Shown: positions 1 through 9,396, numbered from the stretch's first letter. The stretch is 12,801 bases of DNA from Octopus sinensis (GCF_006345805.1 NW_021826488.1:1-12801), one strand, 5' to 3'. Program-made: numbers and translations. The notes: generated from the sequence alone by a model not told the origin.

Positions 1-906
1 TTAATCAACAAAGGTGTGATGTCAGGTGCGAGAACGTAGGAAGAACCTCGTTTCAATGTAGCTAGACTACAAGAAAGCCTTTGACTATGTTCTCTACACA
101 TGGATGCTAGAAGTCCCTCAACTTGCTGAAGTTCCAGTGAGCATGGTCAAAACCATAGTTGACCTGACTTCATCGTAGACCACCATATTGAAATTAAACG
201 CAAAGAGTGACTGTATAATCACTGATAGAATACAATTCGCAAAGGCATATTCGAAGGCAACAGCCTCTCTGTGATAGTGTTTATACTTTCTGTAAACCCT
301 TTGTCATTCATGTTATTGAAGTCTAAAAGATATCTCACTGGTTCACACGGAAACAGAAACACCAAAATTACACACTGTTTCTTTGTGGATGACATGAAAC
401 TTTATGCAAAGAATATGCAAGGGATAAAAAAAAAGAGGACGAAGAAATAAGGACCCACATTATGGTAGAAGCCATATCCACTCATAATAAAAAGGAATAC
501 TGGTGGAATGTCCCAATGCAGACCTCAATAAAGTGTAAGCACAACAGACAGGAAATATATAAAATAGTAAAGAAATATATAAGGATTTGGGATTGAGAAG
601 AGAAACTGTGTACAGTTGTGGAAATCTGCTGCCCAGCGGATGTTAACATTAAGCTGAAGATCAGTGAAAAAGGGAATACCTACACTGAACTATTGAGAAA
701 TCTGACGATACCCTATGCAGATTACAAGTTCAGGTTTGTACCTGTAATTACTAGCGCACTGGGATATGTAACACTACCTAAATACCAATTTTGAGAAATT
801 TGAGCTTGTCAATACCAGAAACGTAAAGCTAATTCAAAGATTACAGATCCAATTTCTCACTGGAACTGCAAAATTCGGTAAGACTTTCCAGAAGTTTATC
901 ATTTAA
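1..906 (+). mobile_element. R4/Dong-clade (RLE-type) non-LTR retrotransposon remnant, lineage A; RT core plus restriction-like endonuclease, internally deleted, runs off the left edge
   Basis: Manual translation: LDYKKAFD (62-85), frameshift, KGIFEGNSLSVIVF (241-282; degenerate GIFQGDSLS), HCFFVDDMKLY with FVDD at 382-393, then EYWWNVP...HNRQEI...VEICCPADVN...EKGNTY...FVPVITSALGYV (~495-770) and C-terminal LQIQFLTGTAKFGKTFQKFII* ending at 906. Several stops and frameshifts. Confidence 0.9.
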
Positions 907-1052
907 ATATATTTGAGCGTGTCTATATATGCAACTATACGCATGAGAAAACGTACACAATGTAAAACAAGAATTTTCACATATACATACATACAAAACA
1001 TACAAGTATGTATATACACACCAGTTCTATATTTATACTCTTTATTATTAAT

Positions 1053-1122
1053 GTATATATGTGTGTGTGTGTATGTGCGTGTGCGTGAGTGTGTGCGTCT
1101 ATGTATGCGTATATATATATAT
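1053..1122. repeat. Compound (TA)n/(TG)n microsatellite
   Basis: Direct reading: tatatatgtgtgtgtgtgtatgtgcgtgtgcgtgagtgtgtgcg...tatatatatata. Confidence 0.9.
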
Positions 1123-1124
1123 AA

Positions 1125-1400
1125 CGGTAAGCTTTATGAAAATATACAAAAGACGAAGACAAGTTTACGGATATAAACAAAAGACGAAGGCAGGTGGAAT
1201 ACAAACAAACAATTGTATTAGTATGGCGCTCAGGAAATATAAATGAAACAAGTCTTTAACGTTTCGAGCCTACGCTCTTCAACAGAAAGATACACAGAAA
1301 AGAAACACAGAAAGAAGGAGAGAAAAAAATGCGCGAAGAAGCTAGCGAATCAACATGGCGATGTGATTTCGGCCAGAAGTCAAAGATCAAACATGAGACG
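1125..1400 (-). mobile_element. Short Penelope-like element terminal (pseudo-LTR) fragment
   Basis: Non-coding segment bounded by TA/TG microsatellites. It contains a minimal hammerhead of the type known from Penelope pLTRs (1253-1290) and a 13-bp direct repeat ACAAAAGACGAAG (1146-1158, 1177-1189). Boundaries are approximate. Confidence 0.5.
1253..1290 (-). ncRNA. Minimal type I hammerhead ribozyme motif (Penelope-type), with variant core
   Basis: The minus strand reads UCUUU-CUGUUGA-A-GAGC-GUAG-GCUC-GAA-ACGU-U-AAAGA. Stem I UCUUU/AAAGA is 5 bp perfect, stem II GAGC/GCUC has a tetraloop, GAAA is present and stem III is the palindrome ACGU. The core is CUGUUGA rather than CUGANGA. Confidence 0.7.
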
Positions 1401-1401
1401 C

Positions 1402-1445
1402 AATATATATATATGCGTGTTTATGTGTGTGTGTACATGTGTATT
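1402..1445. repeat. (TA)n/(TG)n microsatellite
   Basis: atatatatatatatgcgtgtttatgtgtgtgtgtacatgtgtat. Confidence 0.85.
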
Positions 1446-2217
1446 TATAATTGAAATAAGAGATCTAAAGATTCTCGTTAAAGAAAATCCTTTGTTGCGC
1501 TCAAATGATTCGAACTTAGACTCCGACACCTTTACCAGTTGGTTGGGTAATGTGTGACTGTAAGAGGAATCCAGGTGATCAGATACAGAAGCAGTTGTGT
1601 GGGTAAACAAATTAAATACAGCAGCTTGGGCTTGATATACAAAATATATGGTATATTTATATATGTAAAGAGAAAGAAAGTAAAGACTGAAGATTTTTAG
1701 ACGATGAATATTTGAGCATAAATATATAAATATTTATATGTTAATAGATCAAACTTACACTGCGTACAGACGACAGAGAAAATTAAAGGGGAGGAGGCAA
1801 GGTGTTACAAATCCAACATCCGTTTCTGGGGCTCAGAAATCCGTCATAATATTTGTAGTTGTAGCTCATCAGAATATGTGGCCAGTAATGGAATCAAATA
1901 AACGTTGGGTAAGTTGACCCTTCCTCGTCAGGGTAGAAGCAAGATCTTACATTTCAGATCGTGATGCAGAGAAGTTTAAAGGGGGGGGGGGTTAAATGTG
2001 TAGAGCAAGCAGTTTTGGAGAGGGAGAAGTAGAAGTCTCGGTGGAGAGTGGGATTGTTGAGGCAGAGAAGGATGAGAGGATAAGGGAGTTGGGTGGTGAG
2101 TGGGAGGGGTGAAATGGCTAGTAATTGAAGGGTAGTTAGTTGTTAGGTTTGTGAATAGATGTCAAAATTTAGGGATATTGGTTATAGAACAATGGGAAGT
2201 TGAGACAATGTGAAAGA

Positions 2218-2440
2218 TGTTGTGATCCTTAATGTCGGATTGTTATATCACTCTCTTCGCTATAACAGTATAGTTGTTAGACCAGTAATGACACGGCTAT
2301 CTAAAACTGCCTACTTCGTACTCTGTCCCTCTCTATCTTTCTCTCTTTATATACTAACCGACGTCACCTTATTTATAGTGACTCACATATTACACGTGAC
2401 GTGGGAGGGGTCTACCATTATTATTTCTATCCCAACAACA
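2218..2440 (-). repeat. 3' LTR (223 bp)
   Basis: Starts TGTTGT and ends ACAACA (6-bp terminal inverted repeat). It aligns with 3675-3872 and is directly adjacent to the PPT. Confidence 0.9.
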
Positions 2441-2451
2441 TTTCCCCTTTT
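2441..2451 (-). other. Polypurine tract
   Basis: Minus strand AAAAGGGGAAA immediately precedes the TGTTG start of the 3' LTR. Confidence 0.85.
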
Positions 2452-2560
2452 ACGACTTTCTTTTTTTCTTATGGAGTGTCATTTTATTTCTTTTAATTGC
2501 AATACTCTTTATATCACCCCACTTCTCATTTTTGAGGGGTATTTTTTCTTAGTCACATAT

Positions 2561-3390
2561 TTAATATTTTTTTCCGTTTGGTATCCACTTCCAGGAACCA
2601 TGTACATCTTCTTTTTCTTACGCTTGTGCGCCTGGGTTCAATCACCTGTAGTGGTGTTGGTACTTGAAAAGTATCATATAGCCATTCTATTGGTTCTTCC
2701 ATTCTCTTGGTTTCGTTCTCAACGAATCTTTATTTTCTTCAGTTGGTTCATGTATCTCTTGTATACGCCTTTTCTACTTTTTACCAACTATAGCATTTTC
2801 CTATGCATTTGGTGATCGCACCATCTTCCCAACTCTGTTTTTCATTCTTATATGCCTTCATAAATACCTTTTCACTAAGTTTGAAAAATCTTACTGTATT
2901 TTCCCTTGTAATTTTTCTTTTCCTGCCCGGTGGCAATTGTCGAAGACTGGTTTTATTTTCCTCGCAAACTTCAACTCTGCTGGTGGTATACCTGTTGGTG
3001 TATTTGGATTTGGTGTCACACGGTATGCTCTTCAGTATTATTGTAGAGCTACCACGCCCGTGACCTCCTTATTCGTCTTTCTCTTGAACGTATCGACAGA
3101 GCGTTCTGCTTGTCCGTTAGATCTCAGATGGTACAACACAATAGTTACATCCTCTACTGCGACTATTTCACAAATCTTTTTATATTCAAGAGACAAAATT
3201 GTGTTCCGTTGTTAGACACCATCGCCTCTGTCATGCCAACCTCGCAAACACTTAAAGAGAAAAAAAATTGTCGCATTTGAGGTAGTTGGGTTTTTACACT
3301 TTCAAATGTCAGACCATCTAGAGAAACTATCAACTACCACTGAGTAGTATGAACCGTTTATAGGACCAGTAAAATCGCAACATAATCTGG
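2561..3390 (-). pseudogene. Gypsy integrase remnant (DDE core plus C-terminus)
   Basis: CDFTGPINGSYYSVVVDSFSRW (CDFTGP at 3362-3379), VSNNGTQF (SNNGTQF at 3196-3216; the second catalytic D reads N), YHLRSNGQAERSVDTFKR (SNGQAER at 3101-3121), YRVTPNPNTPTGIPPAEL. Multiple stops and frameshifts. Confidence 0.92.
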
Positions 3391-3394
3391 CGAG

Positions 3395-3588
3395 AACATT
3401 TTTTCCAGCATTTGCTGATGAGTTACTATCATTAATTACAGCATTTGTTGCTGTAATATTAATTATTGTTGTTTTTGTAGCGTCTGATGTTGTTCTTGCA
3501 ATTGCATCTGCTGCTGCTGTTGTTCTTTCCGTTGCTGCTGTTGCTGTTTTTGCAACTCGAGCGAATTGGCCACCAAATTTTCCGTAAT
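3395..3588 (-). pseudogene. Glutamine-rich gag N-terminal remnant
   Basis: In the frame shifted +1 from the listed 3302-3673 ORF: TENLVANSLELQKQQQQQRKEQQQQQMQLQEQHQTLQKQQ*LILQQQML*...QQMLEKMF. It lies just downstream of the PBS, where gag is expected. Confidence 0.6.
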
Positions 3589-3663
3589 TCTGCGATTTTT
3601 TTCCCGTAAAATTCGCACAAAAGAAAACTTTTGTTTGATAATTCCTCGTGATTTTGTTCATTT

Positions 3664-3672
3664 CTCGTCGCA
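3664..3672 (-). other. Primer-binding site, tRNA-Ser(GCU)-like
   Basis: Minus strand TGCGACGAG lies 2 nt after the 5' LTR end. It matches TGGCGACGAG (complement of the tRNA-Ser 3' end CUCGUCGCCA) with one G missing. Confidence 0.7.
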
Positions 3673-3674
3673 TC

Positions 3675-3872
3675 TGTTATAATCCTTAATGTCAGATTCT
3701 TAACGCCCTCTTCGGTATAGCAGTATAGTTTTTAGACCAGTAGAAACACGACTAAAACCGTCTACTTCGTACTTTCTTTCTATACTAACCGACATCACCT
3801 TATTTATAGCGACTTCCCACACCACTCGTCACGTGGGATGGATGTGGCATTATTACTATTATTCCCACAACT
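3675..3872 (-). repeat. 5' LTR (~198 bp)
   Basis: tgttataatccttaatgtcag...attcccacaact aligns with 2218-2440 at roughly 80-85% identity (by-eye alignment) with indels. The terminal CA is mutated. Confidence 0.88.
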
Positions 3873-4428
3873 AAAGGGAAGGGCAACTATTAAAGAGAGG
3901 GAAAGGTCAAATTTATAGATTCTGATGGTGTGGCTAAGGGTCAATTCGACAAAAAGAAGTTAGGTTGGCGGAGGAGGGAAATTACTAAGGTAAGTAGAAA
4001 GGTATGAGAGAAGAGAGGGTAGTGGACAGAGTAAGTGAGGGGTAATTTGGTAGTTAAGACAGCAGCAGTTATTGCTAGAGGCTTTAGGTTGAAGAGGGGG
4101 ATCAAGTAATGTAGGTGGGTTGTCGGTGAAGGAGAGTACTGAGGTATGTAGAAGTGTATGAGAGTAAAGGAGGGAAGGAGGAGTAGATAGACTGGTACCG
4201 AGAGCAGTGAAGTAGTTGTGGGTGATTTGGGTTGTAGAGAAGATGGAGAAAAGGGGAAGAATACAAGGTGTGAGGATGGGGTGACTGTAAGGGGGTACGA
4301 TGTACAGGGTGAAACGAATGTGCAAAGGTAATCATAAAAAGGAATAATTCCGTAGAAAAAGTTGTATTAATGCAAGGGATAAGTTGCTAGTGAAACCTAG
4401 TTGCATCTTACGGTCAATAGTAATCCGA

Positions 4429-5218
4429 TTACATAGATTTAACAAAATGGGAAAATGATGAGTAGAACCTGTGTTTGCAAGAGAGTATTACATCTGGGAA
4501 TCTATTAAATAATGAGGGGTTGTGGTTGCGAAGGATGCTTAGCGATTCCCTTAAACACAACTTACAAAAGCCGAGATTAGTGTCGTATGGGGAACCTCTC
4601 TTACGATGGACCAGAGTAAGGTATGGGGAATATTTCGATATTTGAGTTTGTGCATATAAGTTGCTAAGGAGGCATATCATTTAGAATTAGATTAGAGAAA
4701 GCAAGTTCGTGCGTGCTCGATGGTGGTGCCTGAAATCAACGGTGCTGCCTATGTAGACCGTTTTTTTGGTGGGAGCGTGGTGTTACTACTCGGCATTTGT
4801 AGATTATATTTTTGCATAGTCAAGAACCTTTAAGAGGGTAAAGTTGAGACACCCAGAAATTGCAGGTTTTTCTGCCTCACCTACGGTTGCAATCTATCGA
4901 CGGGAAGGTCAGGTTCGTAAGATATGTTATCAACAAAGCGGAACTGGGGGTATAATCAGTACCAGTATTGGATTGGGAAGGGATATCATCACTGCTATAT
5001 GTAGTCATATGGGTAGTATTGTAGAGCGAGGCATTACAGTGGGGAGGCGTGTTGTGACGGGTAATGTTACTAAGTGTTGTATTATTGCATCTAATTGGAT
5101 TGGGTTGGGGTTCAGTAGTAAAGATTGTAGGGTTTAAAGACAGGTTTTGAAGTGTGTGTCAGTTAGATGAGGTAATTATGGATCCTAAATTGGGCAGGTG
5201 AGATGGAGATTTAATAGA
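4429..5218 (-). pseudogene. Penelope-type GIY-YIG endonuclease remnant with upstream linker
   Basis: SIKSPSHLPNLGSIITSSN*HTL (from 5218) ... KTCNFWVSQLYPLKGS*LCKNIIYKCRV (IIY at 4807-4799), frameshift, TVYIGST (YIG at 4755-4747), then PYDTNLGFCKLCLRE (CKLCLRE at 4566-4546) ... LFNRFPDVILSCKH (CKH at 4479-4471). This fits the CxLCxxE...LNxRxE...CxH tail typical of PLE endonucleases. Confidence 0.88.
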
Positions 5219-5229
5219 TGATTGCCAAA

Positions 5230-5740
5230 ATACAGAAGAAACGAATGACAATAATGACGAGGAAATTGGATACAAGAAAGAAAAAGGAAGGGTAGAAGAA
5301 GAGGAAGAAGAAGTATGAGGATGGAATGATGATGATGATGATGCTGCTACTGAATATGATTATAAGAAAAGAAAACAACAGGCTGAGATGAAGATAATCA
5401 TAAAGGAAAATGATGTCAATAGTTAGTTGTTAATGATAAGATGACTAGGATTATGAAACTGATGAGGATGGATATTGTGTAGATGAAAAGATGAGGAGAA
5501 GGAAGCAGAGGGAGAAGACATGGTGATGATGATGACAAGACAGGGGCAACGCTACAGTGACGACGACAGTAATGAACATGATTATGATGATGATTATTAT
5601 GATGATGAGATGATGATGATGATGGTGATGTGATGGTGATGATGATGATGATGATGATTTGATGATGATGAATGATGATATGGTATGATGAGTACTACAT
5701 CATGATATTGAAGGCGATGATGATGACGATGATAATATAT
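5230..5740. repeat. Purine-rich low-complexity region grading into degenerate (GAT)n
   Basis: GAA/GAG runs at 5270-5320 and (GAT)n at 5325-5345 and 5520-5735. Confidence 0.85.
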
Positions 5741-5783
5741 GGAGATTATATAAATTATAGCCCCTATGGCTAATAAAGAAAGG

Positions 5784-5810
5784 ATTATTATTATTATTAT
5801 TATTATTATT
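5784..5810. repeat. (ATT)9 microsatellite at the 3' end of the R4 element
   Basis: Perfect 27-bp ATT run abutting 5811. Confidence 0.95.
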
Positions 5811-5906
5811 CAGTATTTTATTTTTATAGCGTGCTTTCACTTCACTACCGAGCGCAGCTCTGTGTGCCTTGGGTATGTGCTGTGATTTGTTGTGATGCTC
5901 TGATGG

Positions 5907-8900
5907 TTATTGTATGGAAAGTGTTCTGCGTAGGATGTGTGCAGTGCCTAGTAGTGCAATTTTCTGTATGTTATATGTGTTTGTAAGTCCTGGTGTTTTT
6001 TGTTATGTATTTGTCTGAATATTTTTATCATGCCTAATGCACCTACTATGATAGGAATTGTTTCTGTTTTCAGATTCCACATTCTAGTTACCTCTATTTC
6101 CAGGTCTTTGTATTTTGAAAGTTTCTCCCATTTCTTTTAGAGACACGTTGTCATCTGCCGGTATTGATACATCAATTAGAAAGCATTTTTTTTCTTCATG
6201 ATCTCTGACAACTATATCTGGTCTGTTGGCCTTAATTTCTCTATCTGTGTGTATCGGCATATCCCAGAGTATGGTTGCTTCTCGTTTTCTGTGACCTTTT
6301 CTGGTGTGTGCCTATACCATCTTTTTTCTGTTGTTATTCCATAATGTTGGCATAGCTTCCAATGTATGTAGGTTCCAACTCTGTCATGTCTGTGAATATA
6401 TTCCTTCTTAGCCAAGACTGGGCAGCTAGAGATAATATGATTTATTGTTTCTTGTCCATCTCCACATATTCTGCAGTTACTTGTAATATTTCTTTTCATT
6501 ACATGTTTTTTGTAATTTCTGGTGGGGAGGCTTTGGTCTTGTGCTGCAATTAAAAATCCCTCTGTTCCTGCTTTGAGTCCTGAGCTTCTCAACCATTGCT
6601 GGGATTTTTCTTTGTCTATTTCTTTTGCGTTTAGTTTAGTCCAGTATTTACCATGAAGGGGCTTTTCTTGCCATCGTTTTATCATGGTTCGTTGCTGTTC
6701 TATTTTTAGTTTGGATTTCATTTTTTTATATTTTGCTTGTGTTGTTTCTTCATCTTCTTCTTCATGTTTATTAGGTGGTATGATTTCTTGTTTGTATTTG
6801 TCAGCTTCCTTAAATACTGAGAACAGTTTTTTGTTTTGCTCGTGTTTTGCCGCTATCTGGATCAGTTTTCCTTCCTTCTGAAGTAGATATTTTTGCAGTC
6901 CTATGGTGGTTATTTTATAGTAGTTTTCCAGCTGTATAAGGCCTCTCCACCTTCTATACGTTGTATATATAGTCTTTCTATGTCAGATTTTGGGTGATGC
7001 ATCCTAGATCCTGTCATTATTTTTCTCTTGTTCCGATCTATTTTGGTCAGTTCATTTCGTGTCCAGTTAAGGATATTGTAGCTGTAACTTATAACTGGGA
7101 CAGCTAAGTGTTGATACCTATTATCTTGTTTTTAGCATTGAGCTCTGTGTTTAGTATTGATCTAACTCGTCTATAATATTCTTTTTTTATTTTCTCTTTC
7201 ATTTGTGTGTGTTGTGTCTTATCTAGTTCATGGATTCCTAAGTATTTGTAAGTTTGGCTTTGGTCTAATTCTTTTATTTCATTGGTTTTATCTAGTGTGA
7301 TGTTGTTACTCTTAACTAGTTTTCCTCTTTTCAGGTTACTTTGGCGCATTTTTATAATCCAAATTTCATATCTATTTCTTTGGTAAATCCATGAACTGTC
7401 TTTAATAGTGTTTCCAGCTGTTTGTCATTTGCAGCGTATAGTTTTAGGTCATCCATATAAAAGGTGGCTGATCGTTTTGCCGTGACATTTATATCCGCAT
7501 CCAGTTCTATTTAGCATATCAGATAGAGGTGACAGTGCCAAGCAGAAAAGGAGTGGAGAGAGCGTGTCTCCCTGGAATATTCCTCTTCTAATGGGGATGT
7601 CTTTGGTTTTCATGAGTCCCTCTTTTGTTTGGAGGTGTAGGACTGTTTGCCATTTATTCATAGAGTGCTCTATGAATTTTATGATTGTTGGTGCTACTTT
7701 GTTAATGGCTAGTGTTTCGAGGATCCATGTGTGGGGGATGCTATCAAACGCCTTTTTTGTAGTCAATCCAGGCCATACTGAGGCCTTTCTTCTTTCTGTG
7801 GCTGTCTTCAGTTATGGCTTTATTAATCATTAGTTGATCTTTACAGCCATATGAGCCTTTGCGGCATCCTTTCTGCTCTTCTGGGAACAGTTGTTTTCGT
7901 CCAGGTGCTTGTTCAGCCTTTGTGATATCACTGCAGTAAATGCCTTGAACATAGTAGGGAGGCAGGTTATTGGTCTGTAGTTTTCTGGTTTTTCTGTTTC
8001 ATTTGATTTGGGAATTAAGATGGTTTTCCCCTTCGTGAGCCATTCAGGCATTGTCTCTGGCTCTGCTAGTACTTGTTAAAGTTTTCAGCCAGCTTTTTGT
8101 GCATTCCTGTTAGATATTTCAACCAGAAGTTGGGGATCTTGTCATGCCCAGGTGCCTTCCAGTTGCTTAGTCTTTGCAGTGCCTGGGTGACCTCTTCAGT
8201 TGTTATGGGGGTCCAAAGTTGTTCAGATGCCGAGTTTGTTATTTGATACTCCTTTTTTTTTGTTGTTCGTTCGCCGACCATATTTCTCTCCAGAATTCTT
8301 CCAATTCTTCTGCCGTTGGTGCTGCAGTGACTTCTATTTTATTTTTTCCCAGTTCTTGGTAGAACTTTTTGGGTTGAGTTGAACTTTTTGTTCTAAAGAA
8401 GCGTTGGCGTTTCTTGTACCGTACCGGCGGATCCTTTGTGCTTTGGCAAGGATATCTTGCTTCAGCTTTTCTTTATTTCAGGCAAATCTTTTTCTGTGAT
8501 GTTATATTTGCGGAGTATTTTTGTTCTCTTTTTGTTGCTCAGTAGCGTTGATTGTTTGCTGATTTCATTAAGAATCGACAGTCTTTTCTAATTTTTTTAT
8601 TTTGTTTTGGATGTTATTTATCCACAGGGTTTGTTTGGGTGGTGGTACTCCTGTTTGGGCGGTTTGGGTGAGTATCCAGCTCTTTTGTGGCTGCAGTGGC
8701 TGCTGCGTATATTAGGTTATTTAGCTCAGTGATATCACTTTTTTTTATTCAGTGGCTATCAGTTCAGTGACGGCTAGGTTTATGCTGTTTTATAATGGTG
8801 TTGTTATTTTGTTTATTTTGATTCTTGGGAGGTATTTCGGTGGTCCATTTTGAGCTCTGTGGTTTTCAGTCCTTTGATTATTTTATTTTTTATATTATCA

Positions 8901-9396
8901 TAATCATTAGGCTCCCTTCGTTGTTTACATCGTGTTTGTTGGGAATGTTGCGTTTGTCTTCGTGTTTTTACAGTTTCAGTGTTTATATTATGGGCATTGT
9001 TGTGTGGCTTCTATCTACATTTTCCTGGTGTATGTTTTCTTTTAGGTGTTCTATTTCTATTTCTGATATTTTTTTTGTGTGAGAATGTATCTTCGTACGT
9101 TAGCTAATTTATTAGGGTTCATTGCTGTATCCAAGTCTATATCTCTATTATTTTCCTTCCATATTTTTATATGTATGTTTTGTTGTATTTTCATTTTTGG
9201 GTAGAGTACTGCTGTGAAGTATGCTGGTTAAGATAGAATGTATTCCTCACGTGTCCATTTACGTCTTTTGGGGTTTTATTTGCGGGACATGAGGTACAAC
9301 GTCCGGCCCATTATTTTGACGGTCGTCATTTTCGTAGGGTACCGGTCCGTTTATTTCTGTTGTCATATTATTTCGCACGTGTAGTTTTTCGTACAT
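5907..9396 (-). pseudogene. R4-clade ORF: N-terminal domain, reverse transcriptase, CCHC knuckle, restriction-like endonuclease (frameshifted as given)
   Basis: KRRKWTREEY (~9270), WKAPGHD, NYRPITCLPT, EEQKG, KKAFD (7757-7743), GIFQGDTLSPLLF (7583-7545), YMDD (7459-7448), CRICGDGQETINHIISSC (6475-6422), RHD, ANRPD (6230-6216) followed by FLIDVSIP and EKLSKY, ending LLGTAHILRRTLSIQ* (stop 5909-5907). The start codon is uncertain (ATGs at 9396 and 9366). Confidence 0.92.

Larger units (their letters stand above)
2218..3872 (-). mobile_element. Ty3/Gypsy (Mag/K02A2.6-like) LTR retrotransposon deletion derivative, 1.65 kb, lacking PR, RT and RNase H
   Basis: Two LTRs, a PBS, a PPT, a gag-like start fused to an integrase core, and flanking 5-mers AAAGA (2213-2217) and AAAGG (3873-3877) consistent with a 5-bp TSD with one mismatch. 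Confidence 0.9.
1760..5220 (-). mobile_element. 5'-truncated Penelope-like element (GIY-YIG domain plus long 3' region), interrupted by an LTR element at 2218-3872
   Basis: GIY-YIG remnant at 4429-5218. The same strong plus-strand G/A skew continues on both sides of the LTR insertion (1960-2217 and 3873-4330), and degenerate hammerhead-like cores lie at 1841-1931. No RT is found upstream of 5220. The left boundary is uncertain. Confidence 0.7.

Noticed and set aside
913-1610. Five short ORFs (75-104 aa) rich in YI/CV/HT repeats
   Set aside because: They are translations of (TA)n/(TG)n microsatellites and A-rich sequence, with no recognisable domain.
1380-1640. Minus-strand ORF as a possible Penelope N-terminus duplicated in the pLTR
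   Set aside because: The position is plausible, but I cannot recognise any conserved motif and the ORF ends in microsatellite.
2084-2109. G-quadruplex-like GGG-AGTT-GGG-TGGTGAGT-GGG-A-GGGG and the G12 run at 1981-1992
   Set aside because: One loop is 8 nt, and such motifs are expected in this G-skewed tract. There is no evidence of function.
2210-2815. 201-aa hydrophobic ORF resembling a membrane protein
   Set aside because: It runs through the LTR and is antisense to the A-rich integrase tail. T-rich antisense frames give F/L/I/V-rich, stop-poor ORFs.
3302-3673. 123-aa ORF as a real Ala/Thr-rich integrase fusion protein
   Set aside because: The N-terminal part is the Q-rich gag read out of frame (CAG/CAA read as GCA/ACA), its ATG lies inside the PBS, and it stops early in the integrase core.
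3960-4335. Two Pro/Ser/Leu/His-rich minus-strand ORFs
   Set aside because: Low-complexity C/T-rich Penelope 3' region with no motif.
4844-5137. 97-aa plus-strand Gly/Ile-rich ORF
   Set aside because: Antisense shadow of the open Penelope linker frame.
5230-5740. Acidic Asp/Glu-rich coding exon
   Set aside because: Frequent stops in all frames and no splice context. It is a degenerate (GAT)n/(GAA)n repeat.
6362-9082. Several plus-strand ORFs of 60-90 aa
   Set aside because: All are antisense to the R4 ORF.
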